Positions 1-8,792 of a stretch of 29,043 bases of DNA are shown piece after piece; position 1 is the stretch's first letter, and each line of letters starts with the position of its first letter. This DNA is from Candidatus Subterrananammoxibius californiae (GTDB taxonomy: Bacteria; Planctomycetota; Brocadiia; Brocadiales; Subterrananammoxibiaceae): positions 71,959-101,001 of the forward strand of contig JAURAC010000005.1 of the NCBI GenBank assembly GCA_030586555.1. Direction: 5' to 3'. A program made the translations under genes and the position numbers. Below the pieces are notes generated by a model, which saw only the letters and a program-made list of their open reading frames with translations, did not search any database and was not told the DNA's origin.

Positions 1-726
1 CTTCCCAGTCTTTGCTCCCCGCTCTTTTGAGCAAACAAGCATAGAAATGGCAGGGAAAATGCCGCACATTGAAATATTCATCTCAAGTATTACCTTTTTA
101 TATAATTCGTCTTCGTTCAAGGCTAAAATCTCGTTTATAGCTATTTTATCCTTCTTATTGGCGGATTGCTGGGATTCGTAATGTGTCATATCAGAGGAAG
201 CAATGACAAGTGTATCTTGCTTAACCCTCTTGAGTACAGAAGCAATGTTATTTCCAACGGTTTTTAGTTCATCGAGATTACCTGATGCAATGACTATTAC
301 AGCCAATTTAATCTTGGGATTAAAGTACTGGAGAAATGGCACCATGACCTCTGCAGAATGTTCAGCCTTGTGCGCATTTTTATCCTTCTCCAGAAGGTCG
401 CATTCGGAAAGCAATTCCTGAACAAGTTCCACGTCTATTGCAACATCTCCCAGTGGTGTGCGCCACGAACCATCTGGCCAGATAGAAAAGGGAGGACCGT
501 AGCGGCTATGGTTAGGGGCTAATATTAACGATGATTCCGGTATGATAGAATGTGAAAAGACGGTGCCAGCAACCTTGCCAGAGTACATATATCCAGCATG
601 CGGCGCAACTATCCCAAGGACCTTTTCCTTTTTGCATCCTTTGTCTACGAATCCTTCTATTTGGGCTCTTAGTGCTTCTGCATCTGATGGATAAAAGGTT
701 CCTGCAACCACTGGCTGCCTTATCAT
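1..726 (-). CDS. amrB: AmmeMemoRadiSam system protein B (MEMO1 family), runs off the left edge
   Basis: Translated by hand (absent from ORF track): MIRQPVVAGTFYP...APHAGYMYSG...APNH...WRTPLG...EHSAEVMVPFLQY...IASSDMTHY...SMCG; RBS-like AAAGGGG upstream. Confidence 0.93.
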   Translation of the reverse strand, partial: MIRQPVVAGTFYPSDAEALRAQIEGFVDKGCKKEKVLGIVAPHAGYMYSGKVAGTVFSHSIIPESSLILAPNHSRYGPPFSIWPDGSWRTPLGDVAIDVELVQELLSECDLLEKDKNAHKAEHSAEVMVPFLQYFNPKIKLAVIVIASGNLDELKTVGNNIASVLKRVKQDTLVIASSDMTHYESQQSANKKDKIAINEILALNEDELYKKVILEMNISMCGIFPAISMLVCSKERGAKTGK

Positions 727-743
727 AGTATAACCCCTTTTCA

Positions 744-846
744 AATGCGGATTGCAGAGTGTGGATTTTAGCAATGAGCAATGAGTGCAGAGCAATGAGT
801 AACTCATTGCTAATTGCTCATTGCTCATAGCCCTGCAGTCTATATT
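744..846. repeat. Nested heptamer tandem palindrome
   Basis: AGCAATG-type units (770-797) followed by inverted CTCATTG CTAATTG CTCATTG CTCATAG; outer AATGCGG ATTGCAG AGTGTGG (744-764) has a degenerate complement at 833-846. Confidence 0.8.
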
Positions 847-849
847 AGA

Positions 850-878
850 AGTTTACCACTAATATCCGCAACTGTCAA
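850..878 (-). promoter_or_regulatory. sigma70-type promoter for amrB
   Basis: Minus strand TTGACA (878-873), 17 bp, TAAACT (855-850). Confidence 0.65.
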
Positions 879-919
879 AAATAATTTTCCTAATATCAAG
901 GGAATTGTTGAGTTTACAC

Positions 920-948
920 TTGACAAAACCCTGTATGTCAAGTACCAT
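920..948 (+). promoter_or_regulatory. sigma70-type promoter for the SHOCT-protein/EamA genes
   Basis: TTGACA (920-925), 17 bp, TACCAT (943-948); embedded inverted repeat CTTGACA-N10-TGTCAAG. Confidence 0.65.
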
Positions 949-960
949 CATTAGGCGATA

Positions 961-1079
961 GGTGGAAAGAGGAAGTTGGGAAGTTAAGAACGACACTATC
1001 TTCTTATCTTCCAATTTCCTAACTTCTTAACCTCTTTGGCTTTTCACCTCTTAACCTATAACCTATGACCCATAACCTG
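961..1079. repeat. Octamer/heptamer tandem repeats with dyad symmetry in the 5' leader
   Basis: GGAAGTTG GGAAGTTA facing CTTCTTAT CTTCCAAT TTCCTAAC TTCTTAAC; then TAACCTA TAACCTA TGACCCA TAACCTG. Confidence 0.7.
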
Positions 1080-1091
1080 TTTTTGTGAAAG

Positions 1092-2210
1092 GTGTCTCAT
1101 ACAATGAAAAGTTTTGAAGCTCGCTCAGTCCGCCTCAGCAGGTGGATATTATTAATTCTGGTTACCTTGATTCCGTTTATAATTATTGAACCTTATGCGC
1201 TTTCTGCCGATGTCCAACCGGGCAGTATATATGTTGGTATTCGAAAGCTTACAAGTCGAGATGCAAAGAACATTGGTAAGACCCTTAACCATCCCTGCGA
1301 ACTTTCAGATGATGTTGTGGCTAAAATACTATCGTCCATCTACTACAAAGAAAAAGGGCTTTTAAAAAAAGAAAGGAGGTTAGCCGTCTTTACGAGCGCC
1401 GAAGTTAGGAACCTTACGCCGCTCGTTGCAGAGGCTTTCTCAAGGGCTGCTGACGCTGATTATGTTATTATTTACTCTGCGGCTGATAGAACATTACTAT
1501 CCGACCTCCACACATACTGTATGCTATTCGTTACAGAAAACGAGCTTAACATTGTCTTTACCACCGTTCGGCAAAAACTGAGCTATAATGTTACAGAATC
1601 GGAGAAGGCACGGATAGAAAAGATATTCGATAAGCCCTTAGACATTAATAAAAGCGCATTCTGGGAATTGGTTCCTGTTGAGTGGCAAAGGCTGAAGGGA
1701 GGGCATCTAAACTGGCTTCTAATTGATTTAAAGGCTGTAACGATAGGCAAGCCTATTGTAAAAGGCGAAGTGAAGGAGCAAGTGTTACCAGAGACTGCTT
1801 ACACAAGCGAACTTGAAGAAAGGGTAAAAAGGCTGGAGGCGCAGGCACACGGACAAACAAGTTTGTCCATGCCACCCAGGCCAGACGAGGATACCTATAT
1901 CAGGGTGGATGTTGCTAAGGACTACGTGCCGAAAACGAGTTCGGAGTTAGGAGTTCAGAGTTCGGAGATAGATGAGTTTAAGAATCTTGACACTAAAGAG
2001 AAACTACAAAGATTGCGAGCTTTAAGAGATGAGGGGCTAATTACAGAGGATGACTACCGCTCTAAAAAGGCTCATATAGTTATGCAAGAACAAAAGAATA
2101 AGAGCGTCAGGGAAAAACTCAAGGAACTCAGGGACATGAAGGATGAGGGACTAATTACAGAAAAGGACTACGAGTCGCTGAAGAAAGAATTACTGGATAA
2201 GTTGTTCTAA
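1092..2210 (+). CDS. Exported protein with two C-terminal SHOCT domains (start may be ATG 1104)
   Basis: N-terminal hydrophobic signal segment; two LxxLxxLxDEGLITExDYxxxKxxxx SHOCT-type motifs. Confidence 0.8.
   Translation: MSHTMKSFEARSVRLSRWILLILVTLIPFIIIEPYALSADVQPGSIYVGIRKLTSRDAKNIGKTLNHPCELSDDVVAKILSSIYYKEKGLLKKERRLAVFTSAEVRNLTPLVAEAFSRAADADYVIIYSAADRTLLSDLHTYCMLFVTENELNIVFTTVRQKLSYNVTESEKARIEKIFDKPLDINKSAFWELVPVEWQRLKGGHLNWLLIDLKAVTIGKPIVKGEVKEQVLPETAYTSELEERVKRLEAQAHGQTSLSMPPRPDEDTYIRVDVAKDYVPKTSSELGVQSSEIDEFKNLDTKEKLQRLRALRDEGLITEDDYRSKKAHIVMQEQKNKSVREKLKELRDMKDEGLITEKDYESLKKELLDKLF
1848..1877. repeat. Family A palindromic unit (30 bp), in frame in the SHOCT gene
   Basis: CACGGACAAACAAGTTTGTCCATGCCACCC matches the intergenic units at 5226-5255 and 13201-13254; encodes HGQTSLSMPP. 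Confidence 0.9.
1937..1971. repeat. Intragenic heptamer tandem repeat
   Basis: GAGTTCG GAGTTAG GAGTTCA GAGTTCG GAGATAG. Confidence 0.75.
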
Positions 2211-2213
2211 TAT

Positions 2214-2291
2214 TAGCTCATAGTTCATAGTTGATAGCTCATAGTTGATTGCTATGAGCTATGAGCTATGAGCTAAGAGCTATCAGCTATG
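2214..2291. repeat. Heptamer tandem palindrome; last unit contains the EamA ATG
   Basis: 5x TAGYTSA followed by 6x AGCTATG-like inverted units; ATG at 2289-2291. Confidence 0.9.
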
Positions 2292-3152
2292 TTTTGGGTC
2301 TTAAACGCACTACTTTCCGCATTCTTCGGTGCATCAGCGGATGCCCTTTGCAAGAAGGCTGTGGAGGATAGTAACGAGTATCTTGTTGCCTGGGTAAGGC
2401 TTGGATATGCTACCCCATTCCTTATTGCTATACTTCCATTTATCAAATTCCCCGAATTGGGTATTGCATTCTTTTTCCCGGTAATCCTTCTTATCCCCTT
2501 GGAAGTCACGGCGCTGATTCTTTATATTAAGGCAATAAAGTCATCGCCCCTTTCCCTCACGCTTCCCTTTCTTGCGCTGACCCCTGTCTTTCTTATACCA
2601 ACGTCCTTTTTCATGCTGGGTGAGCGACCGGGCAAATTTGGTTTGATAGGCATTCTCCTTGTTACTGCCGGTGCATACCTACTCCATGTTCATACTACTT
2701 ACAAAGGCATACTCGAGCCTTTCAGGGCTATCGGAAGAGAAAGGGGCTCTGTCCTTATGATTATTGTCGCCTTTATATATAGCATAACCTCGAACTTAGG
2801 CAAGATGGCAATTCAGCATTCAAGCCCTGTCTTCTTTGGCAGCGTCTATCCAATAATCCTCGGGATAGCGCTGTTTCCCCTCATGAAATACAAAAGTAAA
2901 GCGTCACTTTCTATGATTGTTTCGCGTCCTAAGATGTTTGCTCTTATAGGAGCATCCATTGCCCTTATGATGCTTAATCATTGTATAGCTATAAGCCTGA
3001 CCGATGTCTCCTACATGATATCCGTCAAACGCACAAGCCTCCTTTTTGGCATAATGTACGGGGCGTTGGTATTCAAAGAGGTTAACATAAAGGAACGATT
3101 ACTTGGAAGTGTGGTCATGATTGTAGGAGTGGTTTTTATAACGCTCATTTGA
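2289..3152 (+). CDS. EamA/DMT family transporter
   Basis: About 10 TM segments with two EamA-like halves (ALLSAFFGASADALCKK; KAIKSSPLS; LVFKEVNIKERLLG). Confidence 0.9.
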   Translation: MFWVLNALLSAFFGASADALCKKAVEDSNEYLVAWVRLGYATPFLIAILPFIKFPELGIAFFFPVILLIPLEVTALILYIKAIKSSPLSLTLPFLALTPVFLIPTSFFMLGERPGKFGLIGILLVTAGAYLLHVHTTYKGILEPFRAIGRERGSVLMIIVAFIYSITSNLGKMAIQHSSPVFFGSVYPIILGIALFPLMKYKSKASLSMIVSRPKMFALIGASIALMMLNHCIAISLTDVSYMISVKRTSLLFGIMYGALVFKEVNIKERLLGSVVMIVGVVFITLI

Positions 3153-3166
3153 TTGCATATTTTTAT

Positions 3167-3224
3167 GGTAGACAACGGACTTTATGTCCGTTGAAATCAA
3201 CGAGGTAAAACCTCGTTGTCTACC
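3167..3224. repeat. Family C REP-like doublet (GGTAGACAACG...CGTTGTCTACC)
   Basis: 11-bp terminal inverted repeats and two internal hairpins; inverted near-identical copy at 10307-10365. Confidence 0.92.
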
Positions 3225-3250
3225 AAGGTTTGTGTAAAGGGGAATCAAAA

Positions 3251-4324
3251 ATGTCTTTACCTTCAATTTTCGATAGTATATTAAGCCTTTTTTCGATACC
3301 GTTCTTTGTCCTGTTAAACGGTTTCTTTGTGGCGGCGGAATTCTCATTAGTAACGGTACGCCATACCCGCATTGAGGAACTAATTCGGCTGGGGGAAAGC
3401 AGGGCAAGCACTGTAAGAATAGCTACGAAAAACCTCGATGCCACCATTGCAGCCACTCAGTTGGGGATAACCATATCGAGCCTTGCACTCGGCTGGCTTG
3501 GAGAACCAGCGCTTGCAGAGATTATTATTGCGGGTTTAGGATTTCTGCCTGGTATCGTAGCCTCAACCTTTGCCCATTCTGTGGCGATAATTATCGCCTT
3601 TGCCTTTATAACTTTTGCCCACGTAGTATTGGGAGAACTTGCCCCAAAGTCGCTTGCCCTTCAGCGTCCAGAACAAACCTCTTTAAGCGTCGTACGTCCT
3701 TTGCTCTTCTTTGAAAAAATATTTCATCCTATAATCTGGCTAATGAACGAAACAGGTAGATTAGCAATAAGATGGTTGGGGCTTAAGCCTCCTGTCCCGT
3801 ATCAGAGCGTCCACTCTGCCGAGGAGCTTAAGATGTTAGTATCGGAAAGCTACGAAGCCGGCAGGCTCGGTGAGCAGCAGACCGCTATGCTTTCAAAGGT
3901 TTTTGTATTTCCCCGGAAAACCGTTCAAGATATAATGATTCCTCGGGAAAGAATTGCTGCATTAGAGCTTAATATGCCTGCCGGGCAAATATTGCAAGCC
4001 GTGGAAAAAGAGGGCTACACCCGTTATCCGGTCTATCATAAAGAACTTGATAATACAGTGGGAATTGTTCATGCCAAGGACATATATCATATTACCAGCG
4101 CTCACGGGATTGTTATCCTTTATGACCTTCTACGGGACCCTTACATCGTCTCGCCAATGCTTACCATTGGAGGGGTATTGCGGGAATTTCAGAGACGGCA
4201 ACTACACATGGCAATCGTTTGTGACAAGGGTGGAAAAGTGGTAGGGATTGTTACCTTAGAGGATGTTCTGGAGGAAATCGTTGGTGAAATCGCCGATGAA
4301 TATGACCTCCCGACCCTTGACTAA
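3251..4324 (+). CDS. Hemolysin/CNNM (DUF21 + CBS pair) family protein; apparently lacks the C-terminal CorC_HlyC domain
   Basis: NGFFVAAEFSLV, QLGITISSLALGWLGEP, GELAPKS, YTRYPVY, GIVTLEDVLEEIVGEIADEYD. Confidence 0.92.
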   Translation: MSLPSIFDSILSLFSIPFFVLLNGFFVAAEFSLVTVRHTRIEELIRLGESRASTVRIATKNLDATIAATQLGITISSLALGWLGEPALAEIIIAGLGFLPGIVASTFAHSVAIIIAFAFITFAHVVLGELAPKSLALQRPEQTSLSVVRPLLFFEKIFHPIIWLMNETGRLAIRWLGLKPPVPYQSVHSAEELKMLVSESYEAGRLGEQQTAMLSKVFVFPRKTVQDIMIPRERIAALELNMPAGQILQAVEKEGYTRYPVYHKELDNTVGIVHAKDIYHITSAHGIVILYDLLRDPYIVSPMLTIGGVLREFQRRQLHMAIVCDKGGKVVGIVTLEDVLEEIVGEIADEYDLPTLD

Positions 4325-4463
4325 GTTGGCTTTGTTTCTATATATAACCATAGTATTATATATTATATAAAGTAGTACAATATATTATATAAAATAGCAT
4401 TTATAAATGATTGATTTTTGTTTTCTTTAGGAATAAAATAAAAAGCATTTAATTTTGTTGATA

Positions 4464-4508
4464 AAAGTAAACATTAACTTAAAGTATTATGCTAAAGTAA
4501 ACATTAAC
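4464..4508. promoter_or_regulatory. 15-bp direct repeat in an AT-rich spacer upstream of ComEA; possible operator
   Basis: AAAGTAAACATTAAC at 4464 and 4494 (30-bp period). Confidence 0.45.
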
Positions 4509-4755
4509 ATAATATATTGTGTTCTTGATTGTTAAGTTAGATTTATATCTAAAATTCTTTCATGTTGTCAACTATAGCAGAATTTTAGTAAATTTAGACT
4601 TTTAGATTTGGTCACCATGGCTTCCTTTTATATTTTATTACACATATATAGTATAAACACTTACATAGGATTTCTCCATTTCTTAAATATATACGTTTAT
4701 TGGCACTAAATGTGCGCAATTATTGCTCGTTTTGGGGCAGTACAAGGATAGTGCT

Positions 4756-5163
4756 ATGGAATCAGAGACCAATCTCACTCCTAAATCCCCGCTAAAATTA
4801 TTTCCCTTTGCCAAATTTAGCCGTAAAGAATTAATCGTAATCTTTTCTTTGTGTATAACCCTCTCGATAGGTATTGTATCTAAGTATGTCATAGATTATC
4901 ACTGGATTACGCCAGATATAGAGGTTATCTCACCTCAAAATGGGTCGCAACGAATAAATTTTCAACTTGACATTAATAAGGCTGAATGGTATGAGCTTGT
5001 TCTATTGCCGGAGGTTGGTGAAGTACGGGCAAAGGCTATAGTTGCGTACCGTAATGAGTATGGGAAATTTCAGGATATTAAGGAGTTGCTCAATGTCAAG
5101 GGCATGAACGGTTCTGTTATAGAAGCAATAAGGGATTATATTCTCGTAGGGAGTAGGGAATAG
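4756..5163 (+). CDS. comEA: ComEA-family helix-hairpin-helix DNA-binding protein
   Basis: N-terminal TM helix; LDINKAEWYELVLLPEVGEVRAKAIVAYRNEYGKFQDIKELLNVKGM. Confidence 0.85.
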   Translation: MESETNLTPKSPLKLFPFAKFSRKELIVIFSLCITLSIGIVSKYVIDYHWITPDIEVISPQNGSQRINFQLDINKAEWYELVLLPEVGEVRAKAIVAYRNEYGKFQDIKELLNVKGMNGSVIEAIRDYILVGSRE

Positions 5164-5181
5164 GGGATATGCCTTATAATT

Positions 5182-5255
5182 GGGTGGCATGGACAAATTC
5201 ATTTGTCCGTGCCTACCTCAACATGCACGGATAAACAAGTTTATCCATGCCACCC
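5182..5255. repeat. Family A REP-like doublet (GGGTGGCAYGGA...TCCATGCCACCC)
   Basis: Two inverted 30-bp hairpin units (5182-5211, 5226-5255) around a 14-bp spacer; inverted homolog at 13159-13254. Confidence 0.92.
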
Positions 5256-5284
5256 GTCCGTGAATTATGTTGAGGAGGACAATA

Positions 5285-5335
5285 ATGAGTATCATTGTTA
5301 AGTACGATGAACACGATAGTTTATGGGAGAGGTAG
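5285..5335 (+). CDS. Possible 16-aa peptide or gene remnant (MSIIVKYDEHDSLWER)
   Basis: Strong RBS GAGGAGG 6 nt before ATG; stop lies 3 nt before the kinase ATG. Confidence 0.3.
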   Translation: MSIIVKYDEHDSLWER

Positions 5336-5338
5336 CAA

Positions 5339-8113
5339 ATGGCAGCAAATAGGAAGGTTTTTGGCAGTATAGGAACGAAAATCCTGTTTTGGTTCCTGGT
5401 TATATCAATACCGCCTGCTTTGGGAATTGTTATTGCAGGATACTGGCGTAGTAGGGAATTAGTAGAGGAGCAGACCACCGAACTCTTAGCCAGCACGGTT
5501 GATATGGTGACTAAAGAGATTCGTAACTTCCTAACGGCAAAAAAGGCAAGGTTAGTAGATTTTGCAAGCGACGGATTAATCAGGGATAGTCTAAGGATAA
5601 TAAGTTTCAGAGAACCCGAAAATGAAGCGGTTGTTGAAAGGCTCAACCATCATTTCTCTGTAAACAAACTCCCGTTAGACCCGGATATTGTCGAGATTTC
5701 TGTCATTGATTTGCAAGGAAGGATTGCTGCCTCTTCTAATGAAACAATGGTAGGCATGGATGCCTCAAATAAGGACTACTTTGTCGAGGGATGGAGGCAC
5801 GGGACTTATATTAGTGATTTGCATCTTTCTGCCGCTACAAATGAGCCAGTAATGACCTTGTCCAGGTTCGTAACGAACACAATAACGGAAGACCCTGTAG
5901 GAATGATGACAATTACAATAAGAGGAAACATCCTTTCCAATATTACCAGAAACTGGGATAATACAAAAGAAGATAGGAGTATCCCCAGATTCCGCGGTAT
6001 GGGACGCACAGGCGAGGTTTTTATCGTAAATGAAGACTACAGGATGATTACAGAATCAAGATTTGTCGAAGACGCTGTTTTAAAACAGGTTGTATATACA
6101 GAATTTGTGAAAGGTGTATTCTCTACGGGTAAGGAGGCATCTGGAATTTACTTAGATTATAGAGGGGTTGAGGTTTTAGGAACTGCAAGGATAATAGATG
6201 AGATAATGTGGGTGGTTGTTGCGAAAAAAGACTTCGCCGAGGTAGTTGAGCCTATCAGTGGTTTAAGGAACATCGGCATAGGTTTATGTATTGCGGGCGC
6301 AATGGTAGTTGCCGTTGTAGCCTTCTTTATTACACGCAGTCTAACCAAACCCATTCATAAACTCGTTGTAGCGACTGAAAGGGTGTCAAAAGGAGATTTA
6401 GATTATCGTGTGTTAATCATGTCTAAGGATGAGGTTGGGCATCTCTCCAACTCCTTTAACGAGATGATATTGAATTTGAAGAAGTCAAGGGGCGAGCATC
6501 GAGCCCTTTTTGACGATGGTATTGACGCCATGTTTGTTCTCGGCGATGGCGAGAGAATAGCCGATGTGAATAAGAGCGCCTGCGTCTTGTTAGGACAGGA
6601 AAGAAACGCCCTCATCGAAACTAATGTGTCTGATTTGATTTGTAAGGATGAAACAATTGGAGTAAGAAGAGCGTTAATGGGGGCGGTGGGTATGGCGTGG
6701 ACGTTGCCTGCAGGGGAAAAACACCCAACCCTTGATGTTTCCTTAGTAAGCAAGGAAGGGGGATGTATCTTATGTGAATTAGACATTAAGCGGATAGACT
6801 ACGGCGTGCTTGCTGTGTTGCGCGATGTTACTGAGAGAAGACGGCTCGAACAGGCTATTGCCGATGAAAAGCAGAGGTTGGACGATATTGTGAGTGAAAT
6901 GGGCGTGGGGCTGTCTCTGATAGATAGGGATATGAAGGTTGTATGGATGAATAAGCTGCAGTCAAAGTGGTTTGGAGAAATAGGTGAACTTCGAGGAATG
7001 CAATGTTACAATGCTTACTGGAATAATAATGAAATCTGCCAGGAATGCCCTTCGAGAAGAACGTTTACGTCTGGCAACCTTGAGAAGTCAGTAAAGTCAT
7101 ATATTACCCCAGATGGCAAGCAAAAATGGTATAATATTACAAGTTCACCATTAAAGAGCAGCACAGGGCATGTAACATATGTGCTTGAGTTAATTGAGGA
7201 TGTTACAAAGGAAAAGGAAGCAGAGGAAGAATTTAAGAGGCTACATGATTCAGTTGTTCAGGCAAACACAAGGCTGGAATTATACATTAACAAACTCAAG
7301 TCAACACAACGACAGTTGATTCAAGCGGAGAAGATGTCTTCTGTTGGTCAGATGGCTTCAAGCGTCGCTCACGAGATTAATAACCCTTTGAGTTATGTAG
7401 ATAATAACCTTTACATCCTGACCCGCTATTCGGAAAGAATAGGAAAATTCGTAAAAAAGTGTGAAGAAGGTAAACCCGTCGTTGAGAAGGGAGATGTTAC
7501 TCAGATAATGACCTTCTTTAAAGAAGTACAAGACTTAAAGAAAGAGATTAAACTCGATGTAATTCTTAAGGATTTCGATGAAGTCATTAAGGAGTCGAGT
7601 AGTGGCGTTGAACAGATAAAGAGGATTACATCAAATCTGAGTATCTTCTCTCATATTGGCGAAGAATTGCCAAAAAGCACGAATTTAAATAAGGTCATTG
7701 AAGGCATTTTAACTGTGGTGTGGGGAGAGCTAAAATATAAAGCAGAGATAATTAAGGAATATGGGGATGTTCCAGATATGAAGTGCTATCCTCAACAACT
7801 TGGCCAGGTATTTATGAACCTGCTTATGAACGCCGCCCATTCGATAGAAGGCAGTGGGAAAATTACTATTAAGACTTATAAAGCGGATAATAATATTTAT
7901 GTTGAGGTAAAAGATACTGGTAAAGGGATGCCTAAAGAAATACAGTCAAAAATCTTTGAACCATTCTTTACCACCAAGGAGCCAGGAAAAGGCACTGGAC
8001 TTGGACTCACCGTTGCGTATAATATAGTACAGAAACATTTTGGCAGAATAGAGGTGTCGAGCAAGGTTGGAGAAGGCACAACGTTTACGGTTGTTTTACC
8101 GATAAGGGAATAA
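5339..8113 (+). CDS. Sensor histidine kinase 1 (TM-Cache-like-TM-HAMP-PAS-PAS-HisKA-HATPase)
   Basis: HAMP (KDEVGHLSNSFNEM), H-box VAHEINNPL, N-box QVFMNLLMNA, G boxes DTGKGM/FFTTKEPGKGTGLGL. Confidence 0.95.
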   Translation: MAANRKVFGSIGTKILFWFLVISIPPALGIVIAGYWRSRELVEEQTTELLASTVDMVTKEIRNFLTAKKARLVDFASDGLIRDSLRIISFREPENEAVVERLNHHFSVNKLPLDPDIVEISVIDLQGRIAASSNETMVGMDASNKDYFVEGWRHGTYISDLHLSAATNEPVMTLSRFVTNTITEDPVGMMTITIRGNILSNITRNWDNTKEDRSIPRFRGMGRTGEVFIVNEDYRMITESRFVEDAVLKQVVYTEFVKGVFSTGKEASGIYLDYRGVEVLGTARIIDEIMWVVVAKKDFAEVVEPISGLRNIGIGLCIAGAMVVAVVAFFITRSLTKPIHKLVVATERVSKGDLDYRVLIMSKDEVGHLSNSFNEMILNLKKSRGEHRALFDDGIDAMFVLGDGERIADVNKSACVLLGQERNALIETNVSDLICKDETIGVRRALMGAVGMAWTLPAGEKHPTLDVSLVSKEGGCILCELDIKRIDYGVLAVLRDVTERRRLEQAIADEKQRLDDIVSEMGVGLSLIDRDMKVVWMNKLQSKWFGEIGELRGMQCYNAYWNNNEICQECPSRRTFTSGNLEKSVKSYITPDGKQKWYNITSSPLKSSTGHVTYVLELIEDVTKEKEAEEEFKRLHDSVVQANTRLELYINKLKSTQRQLIQAEKMSSVGQMASSVAHEINNPLSYVDNNLYILTRYSERIGKFVKKCEEGKPVVEKGDVTQIMTFFKEVQDLKKEIKLDVILKDFDEVIKESSSGVEQIKRITSNLSIFSHIGEELPKSTNLNKVIEGILTVVWGELKYKAEIIKEYGDVPDMKCYPQQLGQVFMNLLMNAAHSIEGSGKITIKTYKADNNIYVEVKDTGKGMPKEIQSKIFEPFFTTKEPGKGTGLGLTVAYNIVQKHFGRIEVSSKVGEGTTFTVVLPIRE

Positions 8114-8130
8114 AAGGATGAAGAAAAGAT

Positions 8131-8184
8131 AGGCTGAGGGCTGAAGGAAAAATTTTCTCTTCAGCCTTAAGCCTCTTTACCTCT
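8131..8184. repeat. Short-tandem hairpin left of the TA pair
   Basis: AGGCTGA GGGCTGAAG ... CTTCAGCC TTAAGCCT. Confidence 0.7.
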
Positions 8185-8204
8185 TTCGGGAAGGAATACA
8201 AAAG

Positions 8205-8408
8205 ATGAAATCTATATCTAAAATTACTATTCCAAAACGCATAACCGATGGAAAGGAGTTGATAGTGATTCGCCGTCAAGAGTATGAGCAGTTGCTAAGA
8301 CATCTTGCTGAAGTCAAAGATGCTCTAACTAAAATTAGGAAAGGAGAGAAGGAATTAAAAGAAGGTAGGACACGTGTTATTGAATCATTAGCTGAGCTTC
8401 GTTCATAG
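8205..8408 (+). CDS. Putative antitoxin
   Basis: 67 aa, directly upstream of a RelE-superfamily toxin; ends ELKEGRTRVIESLAELRS, typical of such antitoxins. Confidence 0.7.
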   Translation: MKSISKITIPKRITDGKELIVIRRQEYEQLLRHLAEVKDALTKIRKGEKELKEGRTRVIESLAELRS

Positions 8409-8412
8409 GATT

Positions 8413-8685
8413 ATGGGATATCCTATTTCAAAAATTCATGTTACTTCAGAATTTAAAAAATCGTTCTGTAAGCTTCCTGCACATATTCAATATCTTGCAG
8501 AGAAAAAGGATAAATGGTTTCGGCAAAATTCCTTCGATCCACGATTGCATACGCATAAACTTAAGGGCGAGTTGAAAGATTATTGGTCATACTCTATTAA
8601 CCGAAAATATCGTATTTTATTTCGCTTCCTTAGAAGCGACGAGGTGATTTACTACGACATAGGAACACACGACATATATGCGTAG
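8413..8685 (+). CDS. RelE/YafQ-superfamily mRNA interferase toxin
   Basis: FKKSFCKL...LHTHKLKGELKDYWSYSINRKYRILF...DIGTHDIY. Confidence 0.85.
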   Translation: MGYPISKIHVTSEFKKSFCKLPAHIQYLAEKKDKWFRQNSFDPRLHTHKLKGELKDYWSYSINRKYRILFRFLRSDEVIYYDIGTHDIYA

Positions 8686-8700
8686 GGAAATGACCCGAAT

Positions 8701-8765
8701 GCGAGCAGGCTGACAAGTTAACGAGCTAACAAGCTGGCTAATCTTTTTACTTGTTAGCTTGAACA
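8701..8765. repeat. Octamer tandem hairpin right of the TA pair
   Basis: GACAAGTT AACGAGCT AACAAGCT ... CTTGTTAG CTTGAAC. Confidence 0.65.
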
Positions 8766-8792
8766 GGTAGAAAAAGTTGGAACTATACTAAA

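Noticed and set aside
1926..1944. GTGCCGAAAACGAGTTCGG as a family D fragment in the SHOCT gene
   Set aside because: It resembles 10273-10290, but is short, gapped and overlaps the heptamer run, so chance cannot be excluded.
4325..4720. Replication origin
   Set aside because: AT-rich, but I found no TTATCCACA-type DnaA box cluster and no origin-linked genes.
8725..8759. attC site after the RelE cassette (AGCTAAC...GTTAGCT)
   Set aside because: Only about 35 bp, does not fit RYYYAAC/GTTRRRY or show L boxes, is better explained as the octamer hairpin, and no integrase is present.
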